Positions 9,763-18,994 of a DNA stretch of 64,000 nt are shown here, one piece after another. Location: assembly GCA_965248925.1 (NCBI GenBank), contig CBDFLE010000006.1, positions 1,856,001 to 1,920,000 of the forward strand, written 5' to 3'. The number at the start of each line of letters is the position of its first letter. Within the stretch, counting starts at the first letter, position 1. Below the pieces are notes generated by a model that worked only from the letters and a program-made list of their open reading frames with translations, did no database searches and was not told the DNA's origin. A program made the translations under genes and the position numbers. Origin of the DNA: Candidatus Multivoradales bacterium. Its GTDB lineage: Bacteria; Acidobacteriota; Thermoanaerobaculia; Multivoradales; J023.

Positions 9763-10036
9763 GGCGATAGAGTTCCTCCCGCTGCCAACCACGGTCGGTC
9801 GGCGGCTCTAGGGGCAGAGGCTGGTGGGCTTCGCGCTCATCCTGACGAGCACTCGCCTCGGCAAATAGCCGTAGCCGCTCGCTGACCTCCCTAGGTCCGT
9901 GCTGGCGACCGGGCGGAATCACCCGAATGACCGCGCCGGCGGGCTGCCATTCGATGTCGTCGCCAGGACGAATGCCGTAGCGCTCAGCGACCGCCTTCGG
10001 AATCGTAACTTGCAGTTTGCTAGTGACCTTAGACAT
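9746..10036 (-). CDS. vapB: AbrB/MazE/SpoVT-family antitoxin
   Basis: KVTSKLQVTIPKAVAERYGIRPGDDIEW, C-terminal WQREELY. Upstream of and overlapping the PIN gene. Confidence 0.88.
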   Translation of the reverse strand: MSKVTSKLQVTIPKAVAERYGIRPGDDIEWQPAGAVIRVIPPGRQHGPREVSERLRLFAEASARQDEREAHQPLPLEPPTDRGWQREELYRRGSSD

Positions 10037-10042
10037 TTCCTT

Positions 10043-10070
10043 ACTCTAACAAGGATTTGATCCTTGTCAA
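10043..10070 (-). promoter_or_regulatory. sigma70 promoter of vapBC overlapped by a palindromic operator
   Basis: Minus strand TTGACA(10070-10065)-N16-TAGAGT(10048-10043), preceded by TG. Perfect inverted repeat ACAAGGAT-ttg-ATCCTTGT at 10049-10067. ATG lies 6 nt after the -10. Confidence 0.8.
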
Positions 10071-10259
10071 CAGGTGCCGGAACTTCGCAGCCCGCGGCAG
10101 TTACCCAACCCAGGGATCTGCTCCAGATATGGAGGGCGGACCTCTTGAGCCCGGCGGGTAGCAGCTGTTAAGATTGATGATCTGAAGTCTTTCGCCACAC
10201 CCACTACTTCTACCGCGATGCGCCGGTTCCAGCTGGTGCATCTGACGGAGGTTCTCTAC

Positions 10260-11168
10260 GTGCATACTCCCTTCCAGCGTCTGGCCGCCACCGGTTTCGC
10301 CCTCTCTCTTCTGCTCCTGGCGTTCCCATTGACCGCCCAAGATAATCTCGAAGATGTTCAGATCGAGACCACCAAGCTCGCTGACGGTCTCTACATGTTG
10401 ACCGGTGCCGGTGGCAACCTGGGGTTGTCGACCGGTGAGGACGGCGCCTTCTTGATCGACGATCAATTCGCCCCCTTGACCGAGAAGATTCAAGCGGCGA
10501 TCAGCGCCATCGGCCCGCGGAGTGTGCGCTTCGTCTTCAACACCCACTGGCACGGCGACCACACCGGCGGCAACGAGAACCTCGGCAAAGCTGGCAGCTT
10601 GATCGTCGCTCACCACAATGTCCGTGAGCGGATGTCAATCGACGGCATGCTCGCCGACCGCGACGTCGAGGCTTCACCGGCAGCGGCGCTGCCGGTGGTG
10701 ACCTTCGATAAAGACGTGACCTTTCACCTCAACGGCGAGACCATCCACGCCTTCCATGTGGCGCCGGCCCACACCGATGGCGACTCCGTGGTCCACTTTG
10801 TCAACGCCAACGTGGTGCATATGGGCGATCTGTTCTTCAATGGCCTCTACCCCTTTGTCGACGTCGACAGCGGCGGCTCGGTCGACGGTCTGATCACCGC
10901 TGTCGAGCAGATGCTTGAGATGTGCAATGCGGAGACTCAGATCATCCCTGGCCACGGGCCGTTGGCCAACCGCCAAGACCTGGTCGCCTATCACGCGCTG
11001 CTGACCAGCATTCGCTTGGCGGTAGGGGTGGAAGTCGCCGCCGGCAAGAGCTTGGAAGAGACGCTAGCCGCCGAACCTACCGCGGCTTTCGACGAAGAGT
11101 GGTCTTGGCAATTCATCGATGGCGCCAGAATCACCACGCTGATCTACCGTAGTTTGACCGAGAAGTAG
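10260..11168 (+). CDS. Secreted MBL-fold metallo-hydrolase (cyclase/glyoxylase-like)
   Basis: THWHGDHTGGN, AHTDGD, HMGD, IPGHG, signal peptide ending PLTA. Start is 10218 or 10260. Confidence 0.85.
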   Translation: MHTPFQRLAATGFALSLLLLAFPLTAQDNLEDVQIETTKLADGLYMLTGAGGNLGLSTGEDGAFLIDDQFAPLTEKIQAAISAIGPRSVRFVFNTHWHGDHTGGNENLGKAGSLIVAHHNVRERMSIDGMLADRDVEASPAAALPVVTFDKDVTFHLNGETIHAFHVAPAHTDGDSVVHFVNANVVHMGDLFFNGLYPFVDVDSGGSVDGLITAVEQMLEMCNAETQIIPGHGPLANRQDLVAYHALLTSIRLAVGVEVAAGKSLEETLAAEPTAAFDEEWSWQFIDGARITTLIYRSLTEK

Positions 11169-11270
11169 GTCGATCGAGCAGGCAGGCAGCCTTCGTTCCC
11201 AATGCCTTTGGTCGCCTGCAACCTCAAGGCTGGATGGCTCTGAGATCCGGCCCGCTATTTCCTCGCTTGC

Positions 11271-11906
11271 TCAAGGCATCGGCGGCCCTAGCAGCTGTTC
11301 TACCCGCGCCGTGACCATGCCTAGCGCCACCCGGTTCTCGCCCCCCTCGGGAACAATCACGTCGGCATAGCGCTTCGATGGTTCGACGAACTCCAAGTGC
11401 ATCGGTCGCACGGTTTCCATGTACTGGCGCAGAACTTCCTCCACCTCGCGTCCCCGCTCCTCGATATCGCGGCGCATGCGCCGTGCCAAACGCACATCGG
11501 CAGCAGTGTCGACATAGATCTTAAAATCCAGCAACTCGCGGACTCGCGGCTCGGCGAGTAGGAGGATTCCCTCGGCCAGAATCACCGAACGAGGGGCCGT
11601 CGGCCGAGTCTCTTCCGCACGCCGATGAGCGACGAAGTCATACACCGGCACCTCGACTCCAGTACCGGCCTTGAGGGTCTGAAGATGGTTGACGTAGAGG
11701 TCGAAATCGAGGGCATCGGGGTGGTCGAAATTGTGGCCCTGGGGCTGCTCGCCACCATGCCAGTCGATATCGTAGTAGTAGCTGTCCAGCGGCAGAAAGG
11801 CGATGCGCTGGTAGCCGACGGCATCGAGAATGGCCCGGGCAACAGTGGTCTTGCCGCTACCAGTACCCCCCGCGATACCAAGAATTACAGGCGTCAATTC
11901 AGGCAT
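11271..11906 (-). CDS. udk: Uridine kinase
   Basis: GIAGGTGSGKTT, NFDHPDA, RDIEERGR, VRPMHLEFVEPSKRYADVIVP. Confidence 0.95.
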   Translation of the reverse strand: MPELTPVILGIAGGTGSGKTTVARAILDAVGYQRIAFLPLDSYYYDIDWHGGEQPQGHNFDHPDALDFDLYVNHLQTLKAGTGVEVPVYDFVAHRRAEETRPTAPRSVILAEGILLLAEPRVRELLDFKIYVDTAADVRLARRMRRDIEERGREVEEVLRQYMETVRPMHLEFVEPSKRYADVIVPEGGENRVALGMVTARVEQLLGPPMP

Positions 11907-11973
11907 TGGACGATTGTATCCGAGGCGATCCTACGGCGGTGAATCCAACTCGGTTGCGGTCTCAGTAGCGGTC

Positions 11974-12798
11974 TCAGTGCTGACAGCCAGGGCAGTAAAA
12001 AGTGCTCCGGCCACCGATCACCAGGCGTTTGATCGGTCGACCGCAAGACGGACAAGGCCCCTTTTCACGACCATAGACCGCCAGCGACACTTGAAAGTAG
12101 CCAGCATTGCCACCACCATCGACAAAATCAGCCAGTGTGGTGCCCCCTTCTTCAATGGCTTGGCCGAGTACCGCTTGAACAGCCTCCGCGAGTCGCCCCC
12201 AAGTAGCCAGCGAGACTCTCCCTACCGAGCGCAGCGGATGCACTCCGGCGCGCCACAGGGACTCGGAGGCGTAGATGTTGCCCACCCCGACAACGATCCG
12301 ACCATTCATCAAGAAGCTCTTCATCGGCCCCCGCCGGCCGCGTGCCTGTGCGGCCAGATAGGCCCCGTCGAGCTCACCCGCGAGCGGCTCGACTCCAAGG
12401 TGGGCGAAGCTCGGATGCGCCGCAAGGCGCGCCGAAGGAGTGGCGAAGACCATGCCGAAGCGACGCGGATCGACCAACCGCAGTCGCTCCCCGCAATTGA
12501 AGTGAAAGGCCACATGCTCGTGACGCTCGACCGCGGTCGCTGCCGGCACCAGGGTGAGCTGTCCACTCATCCCCAAATGAACCACCAAGGTGCTATCGCC
12601 GGAAAAGTCGATCAGCAAATACTTCGCCCGCCGGCGAACCCCGGTCACCATCCGCCCCTCAGTGTGACGGCGCAGACTGCGCCGATCGAGAGGTTGGCGC
12701 AAACTAGGAAAGCGCACTTCTGCCCGCACCACCCGCCGGCCCGGCAGGCAAGGCAACAGACTGAGGCGCAGAACCTCGATCTCGGGCAATTCAGGCAT
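11974..12798 (-). CDS. mutM: Formamidopyrimidine-DNA glycosylase
   Basis: N-terminal MPELPEIE, HLGMSG, GVGNIYASE, C-terminal CPSC...CPGCQ zinc finger. Confidence 0.97.
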   Translation of the reverse strand: MPELPEIEVLRLSLLPCLPGRRVVRAEVRFPSLRQPLDRRSLRRHTEGRMVTGVRRRAKYLLIDFSGDSTLVVHLGMSGQLTLVPAATAVERHEHVAFHFNCGERLRLVDPRRFGMVFATPSARLAAHPSFAHLGVEPLAGELDGAYLAAQARGRRGPMKSFLMNGRIVVGVGNIYASESLWRAGVHPLRSVGRVSLATWGRLAEAVQAVLGQAIEEGGTTLADFVDGGGNAGYFQVSLAVYGREKGPCPSCGRPIKRLVIGGRSTFYCPGCQH

Positions 12799-12824
12799 AG
12801 GCGGTAGTGTAGCGTAAATTCTTC

Positions 12825-12854
12825 TTGACAGATGGCGTAAACATGGCGTAAGTT
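12825..12854 (+). promoter_or_regulatory. sigma70-like promoter with an 11-bp-period direct repeat in its spacer
   Basis: TTGACA(12825-12830)-N18-TAAGTT(12849-12854). ATGGCGTAA at 12832-12840 and 12843-12851. Confidence 0.6.
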
Positions 12855-12865
12855 CCACCTAAGCC

Positions 12866-13600
12866 ATGAACGCAACGACGACATACTTTGCCCCGCCCAC
12901 CTTCCTCCCCGCCACCGGCCCAAGCCTCCCTTCGGGGTGGTTGCAAGGCTGGCGCGCCACTCCCTCGACCGCCAAAACCCGCCAGCGACGGCCTACTCTC
13001 GAACGGCATCTACGCAAGGCCTTGCGGCGCCGGCTGCCGATCAACCTCGGCACACCGGCGGAACCGTGGATACCGACCACTGAAGGTCTTGAGCAGGCCC
13101 GAATCCTGTTCGCCGACCTAAAGCCACTCGAAGGCCGCTTGTTGCGGATCACCACCGACTCGCCAGAGATCCTCGGCGAGCTTCCCACCCTCGAACTCCT
13201 CGATCAACGGCACGCCTTGGAAGTCTCTCTGCTGATTCCGAGCCTCTGTCCGAGGCGCGGCGAGCAGAACGGCGAACGCCAAGCTTGGCTCGATGATCGC
13301 TGGTCGGCAATACGCTGCTTGTCCGCCGCTGGCCTACTGACCCGCGTACTCATCCCGTGGTCTGTAGACCTCGACCATTCGGACCAGGTGGTGGAAGCCT
13401 CGTTTGCGGCTGCCCGCACCCACGGTGCCGAGGATGTCGTCGGTCTGCCACCGTGTTCAGGTGATTCCGATCGTCGCGGTTGGGCCGCCCTGCGGCGGCC
13501 AGCCGTGGCGGTTCCGGAACAAGCCCAGCAGTGGCTCCAATCCTGCCACCGGCTGAGGCTTCAATATGGTTTTCCGCGCGGTTTGCCCGGCCGCGGTTGA
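12866..13600 (+). CDS. Hypothetical protein resembling the C-terminal part of SplB/Rv2578c-like radical SAM proteins, without the CxxxCxxC motif
   Basis: INLGTPAEPW, LRITTDSPEIL, LSAAGLLTRVLI resemble the family motifs IxGTxTDPY, ITTKSxLI and LxxAGI. Confidence 0.5.
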   Translation: MNATTTYFAPPTFLPATGPSLPSGWLQGWRATPSTAKTRQRRPTLERHLRKALRRRLPINLGTPAEPWIPTTEGLEQARILFADLKPLEGRLLRITTDSPEILGELPTLELLDQRHALEVSLLIPSLCPRRGEQNGERQAWLDDRWSAIRCLSAAGLLTRVLIPWSVDLDHSDQVVEASFAAARTHGAEDVVGLPPCSGDSDRRGWAALRRPAVAVPEQAQQWLQSCHRLRLQYGFPRGLPGRG

Positions 13601-13723
13601 AGGCTAGCAGCCCGTAGCAAAGGTCTCACTTCGGTCTGCTGCTCGGCAAATTCCCTAGCCAAGCTATCTCTGCATTCCCGACCTTGCTGACGCAAACAGA
13701 GAAAGGGTGATAATGCCATTCTC

Positions 13724-14290
13724 ATGGAGTCTTTCCGCGTCAAAGGGTCGACCATGCGCTATAAGGTCGACTACATTGAAACTTGTCTCGGCAAGGAGTC
13801 GGTCGAGAAGCTCGCGCAGCAATTCGAAGGTCGTGCCCTATTCCCGATCCTCGATGGCTCCTGGTACCCGGTCGACCTCTACAATGAGCTGTTGCGGCAA
13901 ACCGCCGAGATGTGCTTTGGCGGCGACATTCGCAAGCTGCGAGACCTGTCTGCTTCCTGGGCTCAGGAGTCTCTTTCCGGAGTCTACAAAGCCTTCGCTT
14001 GGGATCAACGACTCAGTGCTTTTCTAGAACGGCTGCCGCGCCTGCACAACCGAATGTTCACCCGCGGTCGGATCGTCATTGAAGAAAACCCGCTACCTGA
14101 TCGCTACAAGCTACTGTTGCTCGATGCCAGCCTTTACTTCGACGCCGCGCTCTACTCAGCCGCCGGTTTCTACATGGGAGCAGTCAGCTTTCTCGGCTTC
14201 GCCGGTACGACCTGCGAGTTCGTACGCCGCGGCAGTCGAGTAATCTTCACCCTCGACGCCCCGACGCCGGCCGGCCCGGCGAGCCCCTGA
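13724..14290 (+). CDS. Hypothetical protein, DUF2378/V4R-like small-ligand-binding fold
   Basis: VKGS N-terminus, SWYPV motif, GFYMGA near the C-terminus. Confidence 0.5.
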   Translation: MESFRVKGSTMRYKVDYIETCLGKESVEKLAQQFEGRALFPILDGSWYPVDLYNELLRQTAEMCFGGDIRKLRDLSASWAQESLSGVYKAFAWDQRLSAFLERLPRLHNRMFTRGRIVIEENPLPDRYKLLLLDASLYFDAALYSAAGFYMGAVSFLGFAGTTCEFVRRGSRVIFTLDAPTPAGPASP

Positions 14291-15782
14291 AACCCCTCGG
14301 GCCGCTTCGCCCAGGACCCCGCGAGCGACTGGCGGCTACACCACCAGCAATTCGCGCCAAGAGTTGCGCCACCGCGGCATCCGAGTCGCTGCTCTCTCCC
14401 TTGATCTTGAGTTCGGTATCGAGTACTCGCGCCGGCAAGTCTGCCGCGGCCGCGTGGCCAAGCCCGGATGCTGCCAAATAGGCACGGTGCAGAGGAAAGA
14501 CCTTCATCCTAGCCAGAGGATTCTTCGCGCCACCAGGTAAAGCCTGTTGCAGGTTGGGCGCCAACGCACTCTGGAAACGCCCAAAGTGAGTCTCGCCGGG
14601 GCCCACTCGAGCTGCCCGCATCATGCCCGCCGTGGCGGTAAGCTGACGGCAAAAGCCGGCCAGCAGGCTAAAGAAAGACAACCTTGCGGCCATCGCATCG
14701 TCGGCCCCGATGATCAGCCGTCGATAGCGCGACATAGCCTCCCCCGCGCGACCCGAGCCCACAGCATCGATAATCTTCCACACATCCTCGTCACCACGAT
14801 CTTGGACCGTGGCCTCAACTTGTGTCTTGCTGATCGGTAGATCCCCAGCCAGCTCCGCCAATTTGCGATACTCGGCGGCGAAACGAGCGGTCGAGTCGGC
14901 TTCGACCCGCCTCGCCCTGAAATCTCCGACTTGGCGCAGCGTCCGGCGAGTGAGCTCGGCCAAAGCGTCACGGTCGATAGCGTTTCCGGTTTCACTACGC
15001 AAACCTTCCACCAGCTGCTCGACTCCCTCTAAACGACCTCGGTTACCGACTTCGACCCGGCCCACCGACACCGCGGCCTGACTCTTGACTAGCGCTTCCA
15101 CCAATGGATGATCTGTCGCCACGGAATGCTCCGCTAGGACCAGAGCGTGGCCCTCCGGCAGCCCTTTTTGCAACATGCCACCGAGTTCAGCCAAGTCTCC
15201 CTCAGCAAAACCCTGCAATCCGGCCGCTCGCGCACCCTCGAGCAACCGCGCCAGACCTTCGCGCAAATCAGCCACCTGACGCTTTCCTCGCGGTCGGTTG
15301 CGGTGTCGCTTGCGCCTCGCCTGCCCGCCCTCGAAAGCCCATTTGGGCAAGCTCTCGAGAACTTCTTCTGCGGTACCAACCTTGGGGTCGACGCCAAAAA
15401 TCCGGATCGCCTGCAACAGGCGAGAGGCAGCCTCCCGTTCAGCCCCATCGAGTTCAGCGCCAGCGTCTGACGGCAAACCCTCCTCGGCCTGATCGACTAG
15501 ATCGGCGGCGGCTCGCCGGTCGCTAAACTGAGCAGTGTCGACAACCAGGAGCACTTTGGCACTGGCGAAGAGGGAGAAGGTCTTCAGGTCGGCGAGCAGG
15601 TCAATCAGCGCCGCCGGCCGGCGGTGAGTTTCAATATCGCAACCAGCCCGCGCGGCCAGTGCCTCGGCCAGGCGCCTGGCGGCGGGCTCAGCGAGAACCA
15701 GGTCGCCGCCCACCAGATACAAGGGTTGCACCTTGCCGTTGGCAATCTCTTTCAGGATGGAATCAACAGTAGGGCGTGCCAT
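14247..15782 (-). CDS. holA: DNA polymerase III delta subunit, unusually long
   Basis: PLYLVGGD, TFSLFASAKVLLV, EYRKLAEL, EDVWKIIDAV, DTELKIKG. Confidence 0.75.
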   Translation of the reverse strand: MARPTVDSILKEIANGKVQPLYLVGGDLVLAEPAARRLAEALAARAGCDIETHRRPAALIDLLADLKTFSLFASAKVLLVVDTAQFSDRRAAADLVDQAEEGLPSDAGAELDGAEREAASRLLQAIRIFGVDPKVGTAEEVLESLPKWAFEGGQARRKRHRNRPRGKRQVADLREGLARLLEGARAAGLQGFAEGDLAELGGMLQKGLPEGHALVLAEHSVATDHPLVEALVKSQAAVSVGRVEVGNRGRLEGVEQLVEGLRSETGNAIDRDALAELTRRTLRQVGDFRARRVEADSTARFAAEYRKLAELAGDLPISKTQVEATVQDRGDEDVWKIIDAVGSGRAGEAMSRYRRLIIGADDAMAARLSFFSLLAGFCRQLTATAGMMRAARVGPGETHFGRFQSALAPNLQQALPGGAKNPLARMKVFPLHRAYLAASGLGHAAAADLPARVLDTELKIKGESSDSDAAVAQLLARIAGGVAASRSRGPGRSGPRGFRGSPGRPASGRRG

Positions 15783-15829
15783 GGCGGCAATCTACCGCTG
15801 CGGCGAAAACTTGTCTATCAGCGGCTCAG

Positions 15830-17269
15830 TCAAGCGATCTCGATCCGGTCTTCAGCACTGCCCCGGCCGCCACTCGGGCGTTCATCTGGGCCGCCATAGC
15901 CGCCCCAGAAAGCGGGCTCGCGCAACCCCAGCTCGGCCGCCGAGAGCTGCTCGGCCCGCAGATCGAAGTCGATCGAACTCCAGGTGCCACAGTGCTCGCA
16001 ACGGTCACTCCATTCGTGATGCCGGCTGTCGCAAGCGGCGCAGAGGAAGGCCGCGGTGGGGACACCCTGACGTTGGACGCAGGTCTGCAAACTAGCCAAC
16101 GCCTGGCTGGTGTCGCCACGCCGTTGATAGAGGCGCCCAAGCAAGTAGTGGTAGGTCGGCGAGCCATCCAGCGCTTCGCTGAGATCTTCCAGCACCTTGA
16201 GCGCTTTTTCAGGCATCTCCAGGCGATAGTAAAGCCGACCGAGGTAGAAGCGTGGCAGCAGGTCGCTACCGCTGGCGGCGATCAGCCGCCGCAGGGTTTC
16301 GATTCCCCGCGCCGGATCCCCACTTTCGATGAAGTAGTCTTCGAGGCGTTCAAGAAAGATCGGGCTGTGGGTGGCTCGGAAACCGCTGCGCCAGGCGTCA
16401 ATGGCGCCATCCCCATCCTCTTGCAGCAGCTCGGCCTCGCCCAGCATGATGCCCGCCGGTATGAAACGGGGCTCTTCACGCAACAGCTTGCGAAAAGCCT
16501 GCGAAGCCTCCCGCGAGCGGTCCTTCTCCAGCAGCTCCACCCCCCGCTGATAGGCCAGGCCGATAGTGATTTGGGACTGGCGGTCGAGGCTCTCTCGACC
16601 CGCATCGCGGAGGAAGGTCTCAATCCTCTCCTGCCAGCGAGTGGCGTTTTCCCAGTCGCGCTCGACCAATGCCAGGTCACGCCAACGGCGCATCACTTGC
16701 AAGCCGTGATCGGGAAAATCGCGCAAGATCCGGTTGTGGATCTCCCGCGCCACCGGTGCTTCGCCGCGAGCCTCGTAGTCCTCGGCCAATTGGTAGAGCA
16801 GCGAGACTGAGTGAGGGTAAAGCACGGAAGCTCGGCGATGGATTTCTAACGCTTCGTCGAGCTTGCCTTGATTGCGCAGCACTTCGCCATAGCGAATCAG
16901 GGTCGAGAAGTCTTCCGGCCGATCGGTGAGCAGGATCTCGAGTTCGGTCGCTGCCTTGGTCCACTGGCCATCGACATGAAAATCGACCGCGCGCCGGAAT
17001 CGATGTCCCAAGCTGGCGGCCTCGCGGCGCGCGCGGCGCGCGCGGCGGCGCGAGAGATCTTGTTTCAGGGACTGCAAGTAGAGAGCGGTAACGCTAGGCA
17101 GGAAACCTACCAACAACAGGCCGAGAAAAGCGACCCAGGCCGGGACGCTGAGCCGCGAAGAGAGTTCAAAGGGAGTGGTCAGCAACTCGCGATTCAACGA
17201 AGCGAGAAAAGCCACCACGACCATCACCAGCAGGCCGCAGAGGAAACCGATGTAAGTTCTCGATCTCAT
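15830..17269 (-). CDS. LapA-like TM domain fused to a LapB/YciM-like TPR protein with C-terminal rubredoxin knuckles
   Basis: FLASLNRE LapA-like TM hairpin, TPR repeats, FLCAAC...WSDRCEHCGTWSSI. Start is 17269 or 17290. Confidence 0.75.
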   Translation of the reverse strand: MRSRTYIGFLCGLLVMVVVAFLASLNRELLTTPFELSSRLSVPAWVAFLGLLLVGFLPSVTALYLQSLKQDLSRRRARRARREAASLGHRFRRAVDFHVDGQWTKAATELEILLTDRPEDFSTLIRYGEVLRNQGKLDEALEIHRRASVLYPHSVSLLYQLAEDYEARGEAPVAREIHNRILRDFPDHGLQVMRRWRDLALVERDWENATRWQERIETFLRDAGRESLDRQSQITIGLAYQRGVELLEKDRSREASQAFRKLLREEPRFIPAGIMLGEAELLQEDGDGAIDAWRSGFRATHSPIFLERLEDYFIESGDPARGIETLRRLIAASGSDLLPRFYLGRLYYRLEMPEKALKVLEDLSEALDGSPTYHYLLGRLYQRRGDTSQALASLQTCVQRQGVPTAAFLCAACDSRHHEWSDRCEHCGTWSSIDFDLRAEQLSAAELGLREPAFWGGYGGPDERPSGGRGSAEDRIEIA

Positions 17270-17364
17270 CGCTCCACACCTCCGGGGCACCCCAATCGGG
17301 GGTCTATCGCTTGCCGCAAAACCCTGCTCCTCGCCTACCCACGGACTCCGCGGCGGCGCGGAAC

Positions 17365-17757
17365 TCAGTCCTCAAGCAGGCCCTTCTCTTCCATTTTCTG
17401 ACACTCGATACAGTAACGCGCCCAAGGCACCGCGTCCAACCGCGGCTTGCCGATCGACGAGCCACAGTGGGCACATTGGCCAAAATCGCTTCGCTCCAAC
17501 CGTTCGAGAGCTGCCTCTACTTGCAGTAACATGCCCCGTTCCGTAGCGGAGAGCGAGAACATCAACTCGCGGTGATAGGAGTTATTGGCCCGATCGGCAA
17601 AGTCATCCGAGCTGACATCACTCGTTTCCTTGCCGGCCCGAATATCATGCTCGTAGAAGCTGAGTAACTCGCTACGCTTATCGTCCAGGCTCTCGCGCAG
17701 GGCTGCTAGATCCGAAGCGTCTTGACGCTTGACAACCTGAACTTTCGAGTTTCGCAT
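17365..17757 (-). CDS. dksA: TraR/DksA C4-type zinc finger protein
   Basis: DFADRA coiled-coil tip, CAHC...RLDAVPWARYCIECQ. Confidence 0.85.
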   Translation of the reverse strand: MRNSKVQVVKRQDASDLAALRESLDDKRSELLSFYEHDIRAGKETSDVSSDDFADRANNSYHRELMFSLSATERGMLLQVEAALERLERSDFGQCAHCGSSIGKPRLDAVPWARYCIECQKMEEKGLLED

Positions 17758-17864
17758 GGCTATCCCCTCAAAGTTCGAGCAGCCGGCTGTTGGTAACCAG
17801 CTGGAGATCCGAGGGATTGGCGCCTCGAGTAGTGGGAAATCCCCAGGGCACGCCGTCGACAAGA

Positions 17865-18341
17865 TCAAACCGGTTGGCGATGGTAATTTATTCCGCGGCG
17901 AATCGAAGTTGCTCGATAGAGCTGTTCGTAGAGCACCAAGCGAGCCAGTTCATGGCCGAAGGTCATCGGCCCGAAAGAGAGCCTCTCACGGCAACTGGCG
18001 AGCAGTCGCTGATCCAAGCCAAGATCTGAACCGATGAGGAACGCGACGGGGTGAGGCCAACGATCACGCAAAGCGCCCAGGTGCTCAGCAAACTGTTCTG
18101 AGGAACGACTTCGGGCCCGAGGATCGAGGGCGATCGGCCAACAGGGCTCGGGCAGGGCATCGAGCAGGGCTTTGCCTTCCAACTCCAGACGGGCGGCATT
18201 GCGACCACTGACGCGAGCGCGCACCGGAACCTCGCGCACCGGAACCTCGCGCTCGATTCGCCGCCGGTACTCAGCGCACAGCTCGTCCCACGGCGGCCGC
18301 TGATGGCGCCCTGCCCAGACGATCAAGATCTCCCGACCCAA
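17865..18341 (-). CDS. rlmH: 23S rRNA pseudouridine-1915 N3-methyltransferase
   Basis: SSEQFA, FLIGSDLG, LSFGPMTFGHELARLVLYEQLYRA, NYHR. Confidence 0.95.
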   Translation of the reverse strand: MGREILIVWAGRHQRPPWDELCAEYRRRIEREVPVREVPVRARVSGRNAARLELEGKALLDALPEPCWPIALDPRARSRSSEQFAEHLGALRDRWPHPVAFLIGSDLGLDQRLLASCRERLSFGPMTFGHELARLVLYEQLYRATSIRRGINYHRQPV

Positions 18342-18356
18342 GGGCTTCTCGACCGC

Positions 18357-18914
18357 TCAGCCGACGGCGGCGGGTTCTTCGTCGTCGGTGGTCAGGTAGC
18401 GCTCCCACTCTTCGGTGAAGCACAGAGAGCGCAAATCCCGCATCCGGTCGAGGAAGACGATGCCGTTCAGGTGGTCAAACTCATGCTGCACGATCCGCGC
18501 TTCGTAGCCGTCGAGGCGCAGCTTCAGCGATTGTCCTTGGCGATCCAGGGCATGAACCTGGACTTGCGGGTGGCGCGGCACTAGACCCCGCATATCTGGA
18601 ATCGACAGGCAGCCCTCCCAATCGTAGGCCAACTCGCCGGCCAGTGGCTCGAGCATCGGGTTGACCAGCACCTTACGGCTGGGAGGCGGGGCGTCGTCAG
18701 CGGCCTCCGGATCCACCGCCAGATAGACAAAGAGCTGCAACCCAAGTCCTACTTGAGTCGCCGCCAGCCCGACACCGCTGGCGTCTTCCATGGTGTCGAA
18801 CAAATCGTCGATCAAGGCCTGCATCTCTTCGCCGCCGAGGATCGACGGGTCGACCGCCTCTGCTGGAATGCGCAGGGCAGGATGTCCAAGGCGAACAATT
18901 GGGCGAATGGCCAT
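18357..18914 (-). CDS. def: Peptide deformylase
   Basis: GVGLAATQVG, EGCLSIP, QHEFDHLNG. Confidence 0.97.
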   Translation of the reverse strand: MAIRPIVRLGHPALRIPAEAVDPSILGGEEMQALIDDLFDTMEDASGVGLAATQVGLGLQLFVYLAVDPEAADDAPPPSRKVLVNPMLEPLAGELAYDWEGCLSIPDMRGLVPRHPQVQVHALDRQGQSLKLRLDGYEARIVQHEFDHLNGIVFLDRMRDLRSLCFTEEWERYLTTDDEEPAAVG

Positions 18915-18994
18915 CAGTCAGCGTCTCCTGCCGCACATTCTACACCGCCGGGCGGCGCGCGTCGGAGGCCTTTGGCGTGATATCCTGCGCCGTC

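Noticed and set aside
18219-18252. 15-bp exact duplication in rlmH (REVPV x2)
   Set aside because: In-frame micro-duplication in a variable region with no evidence of function.
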